A stretch of 19,345 bases of DNA, taken from contig CAYRPF010000066.1 in the NCBI GenBank assembly GCA_964426185.1, positions 1-19,345 of the forward strand, written 5' to 3'. The position numbers were made by a program, and so were the translations under genes. Below, piece by piece: positions 15,659 to 19,345 of the stretch. Position 1 is the stretch's first letter; each line of letters starts with the position of its first letter. The notes beneath the pieces were generated by a model, which saw only the letters and a list, made by a program, of their open reading frames with translations, searched no databases and was not told the origin of the DNA. The stretch comes from an uncultured archaeon. GTDB lineage: Archaea > Asgardarchaeota > Lokiarchaeia > Sigyniarchaeales > Promethearchaeaceae.

Positions 15659-15821
15659 GCTTTATTTTCACCACTCATTCAAATTGATTCGAAATTATTG
15701 TTAAAATCATTTTAATAAAGCTTTCAATTACCTAAATAAATAACCTTAATATAAAATATTAGAAACTTTTTAATTCAAAAGACAAAGAACAAATGAAAAA
15801 GTGAAAAGTAAGAGAATGAAT

Positions 15822-17585
15822 TTAACTTTCGATAAAATCTGGAAGATAACCCTCAAATTGAGCATTGTACAAATTCGTATACAATCCATTTTTCGTTAAT
15901 AATTCTTCATGAGTACCGTGTTCGGAGATCCCCTCATCAGTTAGTACTAAAATTTCATCCGCTTTCTTTATTGTGCTTAAACGATGTGCTACAATGATGG
16001 TTGTTCGACCTTTAGCCAATTTTAAAATAGCTTCTTGAATCAATAGCTCTGTTACCGTATCCAAAGAACTAGTTGCTTCATCTAATATAAGAATTGGTGG
16101 ATTTCTGAGAAAAACTCGGGCTATAGCAAGTCTTTGCTTCTGCCCACCCGAAAGCTTTACGCCACGTTCTCCTACCATTGAGTCATAACCTTCCGGAAGG
16201 GATATGATGAATTCATGAATGTTTGCCATTTTTGCAGCTTGTATTATTTCCTCATCCGTAGCTTCAGGTTTGCCGTACATAATATTATCTTGAATTGTAC
16301 CGTAAAAAACAATGACATCTTGCTGCACAAATCCAATATTACTCCGAAGCGAATCAATCGTGAGATCCTTGATATTGTGGTCATCTATAAAGATATCTCC
16401 TTGATCTACTTCATAAAATCGAGGGATTAGGTGAGTGATGGTAGTTTTACCTACCCCGGATGGTCCTACAAGAGCAATGGTTTTTCCCGCTGGAATGGTT
16501 AGATTGAAATTGTGCAGAACAGGTTGGGTTTGATCTTTATATTTAAAAGTAACATTTTTAAATTGAATCTTTCCCTTAATATTTTTTAAGGGTTTAGAAT
16601 TAGGAGAATCGGTAATCTTTGGTTGTATTTCCATCACCTCGGCGAATCGCATAAAACCAGCAAATCCTGACTGAAATATCTGTGTAAATTGGACTAAACG
16701 CCGAATTGGTGCTACAAAAATACTTGTGAATAATAAATACGTTACCAACTCTTCTCGAGTTAATCCTTGAAATCCCTTTACAACGAAAAATGCCCCAACA
16801 ACCAAAGCAACCAAGCTGAGAATATCAGTCAGGAAATTGCTACCTGAAGCATATTTTGCCATAACTTTATATGCACGATAATATGATTTTCGATAACGGC
16901 TATTATTTTGGGCAAATTTCTCAAATTCATAAGGTTCATTGGCAAAGGATTTACATAATCTAATCCCTGAAATCGAATTCTCCAATACGGAATTGATTTC
17001 TGCATGCTCATTGCGAGTAGATCGAAAAGCTTTGAGCATTGTAGTTCGCATACTCACTGTAAACCAAATAAGAACCGATACAAACACAAAAATGATTAGC
17101 GTTAATAGCCAACTTCTCATAAAAAGTAAGATAAATGTTCCTATTATCTCTATAATCGAAATAAATAAATCTTCAGGACCATGATGGGCCAATTCGGTAA
17201 TTTCTCTCAAATCATTAGTCAAACGTGCCATAATTTGACCTGTTTTGGTATTATCAAAATATTCCGCATCAAGATTTTGTATATGCTTGAATAAATCGGT
17301 TCGCATATCAAATTCAATATTTACACCCACTAAATGGCCCCAATATGCCATAACATAAAATGCAACAGTTCGAATAAGGTATAATCCGAGTAGAATCGCT
17401 CCAAATACCCATATTGCTTGAATATTGTTGTTTATAATAAAATCACCTAAAAATCGTTCACTGAATAAAGGAAACATTAAATCCAGTGCTGCGATAAGGA
17501 ATGCACAAAATAAATCTAATGTAAATAGTTTTAAATGAGGACGGTAATAACGAATAAATCGCTTAAGAAGCTTATGCTCGGCCAT
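15822..17585 (-). CDS. ABC exporter, fused permease + ATPase (MsbA/multidrug type)
   Basis: Six-TM N-terminal domain; Walker A GPSGVGKT, Q-loop, LSGGQ, Walker B ILILDE, switch AHRL. Confidence 0.96.
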   Translation of the reverse strand: MAEHKLLKRFIRYYRPHLKLFTLDLFCAFLIAALDLMFPLFSERFLGDFIINNNIQAIWVFGAILLGLYLIRTVAFYVMAYWGHLVGVNIEFDMRTDLFKHIQNLDAEYFDNTKTGQIMARLTNDLREITELAHHGPEDLFISIIEIIGTFILLFMRSWLLTLIIFVFVSVLIWFTVSMRTTMLKAFRSTRNEHAEINSVLENSISGIRLCKSFANEPYEFEKFAQNNSRYRKSYYRAYKVMAKYASGSNFLTDILSLVALVVGAFFVVKGFQGLTREELVTYLLFTSIFVAPIRRLVQFTQIFQSGFAGFMRFAEVMEIQPKITDSPNSKPLKNIKGKIQFKNVTFKYKDQTQPVLHNFNLTIPAGKTIALVGPSGVGKTTITHLIPRFYEVDQGDIFIDDHNIKDLTIDSLRSNIGFVQQDVIVFYGTIQDNIMYGKPEATDEEIIQAAKMANIHEFIISLPEGYDSMVGERGVKLSGGQKQRLAIARVFLRNPPILILDEATSSLDTVTELLIQEAILKLAKGRTTIIVAHRLSTIKKADEILVLTDEGISEHGTHEELLTKNGLYTNLYNAQFEGYLPDFIES

Positions 17586-17696
17586 TGCAAAGAATTGAAT
17601 GTTTGATATTAAAAGAGATTTTCTACTTCCAAATGCAATCTTCCATATTAAAATGAATGTTAATTTCAGAGCAATTTTTAAGTTTTCTCACAAAAT

Positions 17697-19181
17697 ATGA
17701 TTATGGTTAATTCATCTCGTGAAAATTCTGAAGAAATATCTGAAAAAAATTCTGAGAAAATGGATACATCTTTTAATACTGGAGCACAAAAACATTCCTT
17801 TTTAAACATGCTTTCTTATGGAAATGGGAAATTTTTGGTGGAATTTTATTCTGCTGCGTTTAGTGTGCTGATCTATAAATATTATGAAACTAATTTAGGA
17901 TTGAACGGGTGGTTGGTAGGGTTGGCCATAATCATTTATTCCATATGGAATGCCATAAATGATCCTATCATCGGTTATCTAACGATTCGTCCAACCCGAT
18001 TTGCTCAAAAATATGGCAGAAGATTTCCTTGGATTGTTGCGGGTGCAGGAATTTGGATCTTTACCTTGTTACCGATTTTTATTGTACCAGAGGATTTTAT
18101 TATTCATCCCGGTGTGAACCAATGGCTATTATTCTTATGGTTAGTATTCTTCATTTGCTTGCATGATCTATTTTTTTCGATTTGGGAATTAAACTACCAA
18201 TCACTTTTTCCAGATAAATTCCGTCATGAAAAAGAGAGGGCAAAAGCAGCAGTTATTGCAACCGTAATCGGTGTGATTGGTATTGCCTTGGGTAATTTAC
18301 TACCAACATTTGTAGTGGATTATGATTTTGTTGAATCCTACCAAATAAACGCCGTAATTTTTACTGTGATTGGCATTATATTCTTTTTCCTAATGCTCCC
18401 TGGTGTGAAAGAAGATCCTGATATGATAACTCGCTATTTGACCGCTGTAGAACTCAAAAAGCAAAACGAAAAAGAAGAATCATTTTTTTCGCAACTTAAA
18501 GAAGCCTTTACTCACAGAAATTTCGTCGCATTCATCTTGTTCTATTTCCTATATCAAGCTTGCACCATGAGTATGAGTGCCAGTGTAGATTATGTGGGAG
18601 ATTACATTCTACCTGGCGATAAAAGTGATACTACAATAATTTTTGCAGGAATGCTCATTGGTGCATTAATCTCAGTGCCGCTGTGGGGTAAAATTGCCAT
18701 TAAACTTGGTAGTAATCAAAAAGCTTTAGTATTAGCTGCTTTAGTAATTATAGCAGGTTTGCTAGGGATGACATTTACTACCAGTTATTGGGGATACACG
18801 ATTACTATAACTATTTTTGGACTGGGATTCGGTGGTTATTGGATGTTAATAACACCCGTTATGGCAGATGTTATTGACGAAATTGTCGTCGAAACAAAAG
18901 TACGTAATGATGGAATCTATATGGGATTTCGTGCGTTTTTTGGACGTCTGAGTTATGCCGTTCAAGCATTAAGTTTTGCTATTGTGCATGGACTCACCGG
19001 ATTTGTGAATCAAGCTGATGTGGAGCAAAGTCTTGCCGCAAAATGGGGAATTCGTATCCACATGAGCGTGCTTCCGATGATATTTATGATTATAGGTGTG
19101 TTTATATTTCTTCGAATGAATACGCTAACCCCCGAACGGATGAAGCGAATTCGAAAAGAACTGGCAGATTTGAATCTTTGA
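17697..19181 (+). CDS. MFS transporter, GPH (MelB-like glycoside-pentoside-hexuronide:cation symporter) family
   Basis: WNAINDPIIG, T.F..K.GRR.PW, ER, and ADV.DE......R..G.Y.G motifs; about 12 TM segments. Confidence 0.92.
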   Translation: MIMVNSSRENSEEISEKNSEKMDTSFNTGAQKHSFLNMLSYGNGKFLVEFYSAAFSVLIYKYYETNLGLNGWLVGLAIIIYSIWNAINDPIIGYLTIRPTRFAQKYGRRFPWIVAGAGIWIFTLLPIFIVPEDFIIHPGVNQWLLFLWLVFFICLHDLFFSIWELNYQSLFPDKFRHEKERAKAAVIATVIGVIGIALGNLLPTFVVDYDFVESYQINAVIFTVIGIIFFFLMLPGVKEDPDMITRYLTAVELKKQNEKEESFFSQLKEAFTHRNFVAFILFYFLYQACTMSMSASVDYVGDYILPGDKSDTTIIFAGMLIGALISVPLWGKIAIKLGSNQKALVLAALVIIAGLLGMTFTTSYWGYTITITIFGLGFGGYWMLITPVMADVIDEIVVETKVRNDGIYMGFRAFFGRLSYAVQALSFAIVHGLTGFVNQADVEQSLAAKWGIRIHMSVLPMIFMIIGVFIFLRMNTLTPERMKRIRKELADLNL

Positions 19182-19203
19182 TTTTTTTTTTGTTTTTCTT
19201 TTT
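19182..19203 (+). terminator. Archaeal oligo-T terminator of the MFS gene
   Basis: T10-G-T5-C-T5 directly after the TGA. Confidence 0.65.
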
Positions 19204-19225
19204 CTGTGCGACGGAGGTAAGCTTA

Positions 19226-19270
19226 ATGGTAAAACCTCGATGGACGAAGGGCTACCCAGTAAAATTCTAA
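19226..19270 (+). other. Possible 14-aa peptide ORF (MVKPRWTKGYPVKF) or structured leader
   Basis: GGAGGT at 19213-19218, 7 nt before the ATG. Locally GC-richer, with complementary ACGAAG (19244-49) and CTTCGT (19284-89). Confidence 0.25.
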
Positions 19271-19345
19271 GGCGTGGTTGAAGCTTCGTAAAAAAAAAGA
19301 CGCTGCGAAACGAAAAATCCTATTTCTACATCCGAACCATTTATT

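Noticed and set aside
17721-17759. Imperfect 12-bp repeat in the MFS N-terminus (ENSE-EISE-KNSE)
   Set aside because: Ordinary low-complexity disordered tail.
915-19270. Short antisense or alternative-frame ORFs in the track (e.g. 915-1118, 3126-3401, 4836-5171, 8390-8863, 11190-11621, 16939-17184, 19043-19270)
   Set aside because: Shadows of well-supported genes, with biased composition and no motifs.
19204-19290. tRNA, SECIS or known riboswitch
   Set aside because: There is a D-loop-like GCTTAATGGTAAAAC but no anticodon arm, TTC loop or acceptor stem. The UGAN/NGAN SECIS core does not fit, and no riboswitch consensus matched.

Overview
AT-rich chromosomal window that looks archaeal, most likely Asgard/Lokiarchaeia. 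That call is inferred from an archaeal-type SepF, TATA boxes, GGTGA/GGAGG ribosome-binding sites and a Loki-style LRR protein. Gene order: partial Old-Yellow-Enzyme flavin oxidoreductase (-); a coiled-coil/RHH/PCI-like winged-helix protein plus an extended bactofilin-like beta-solenoid (+), preceded by three AATACACACT direct repeats; convergent sepF (-); the TIGR03916-like radical SAM/HhH and DUF4130 pair; a membrane metal-dependent hydrolase bracketed by a 17-bp direct repeat; feoA-feoB, with a His-rich insertion in FeoB and two candidate metalloregulator boxes; a carboxylesterase; a divergent KsgA/Dim1; an LRR protein; a Cys-rich hypothetical; a second radical SAM gene with tandem repeats at both its stop codon (3x26 bp) and its start (4x30 bp, creating uORFs); a hypothetical; an Lrp/AsnC regulator with an acidic tail; an ABC exporter; and a GPH-family MFS symporter. 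The best candidate for a new system is the repeats + RHH adaptor + bactofilin module next to sepF, laid out like a partition or DNA-tethering cassette. No rRNA, tRNA, CRISPR array or transposase was recognised. All family calls come from motif recognition by eye, not from database searches.
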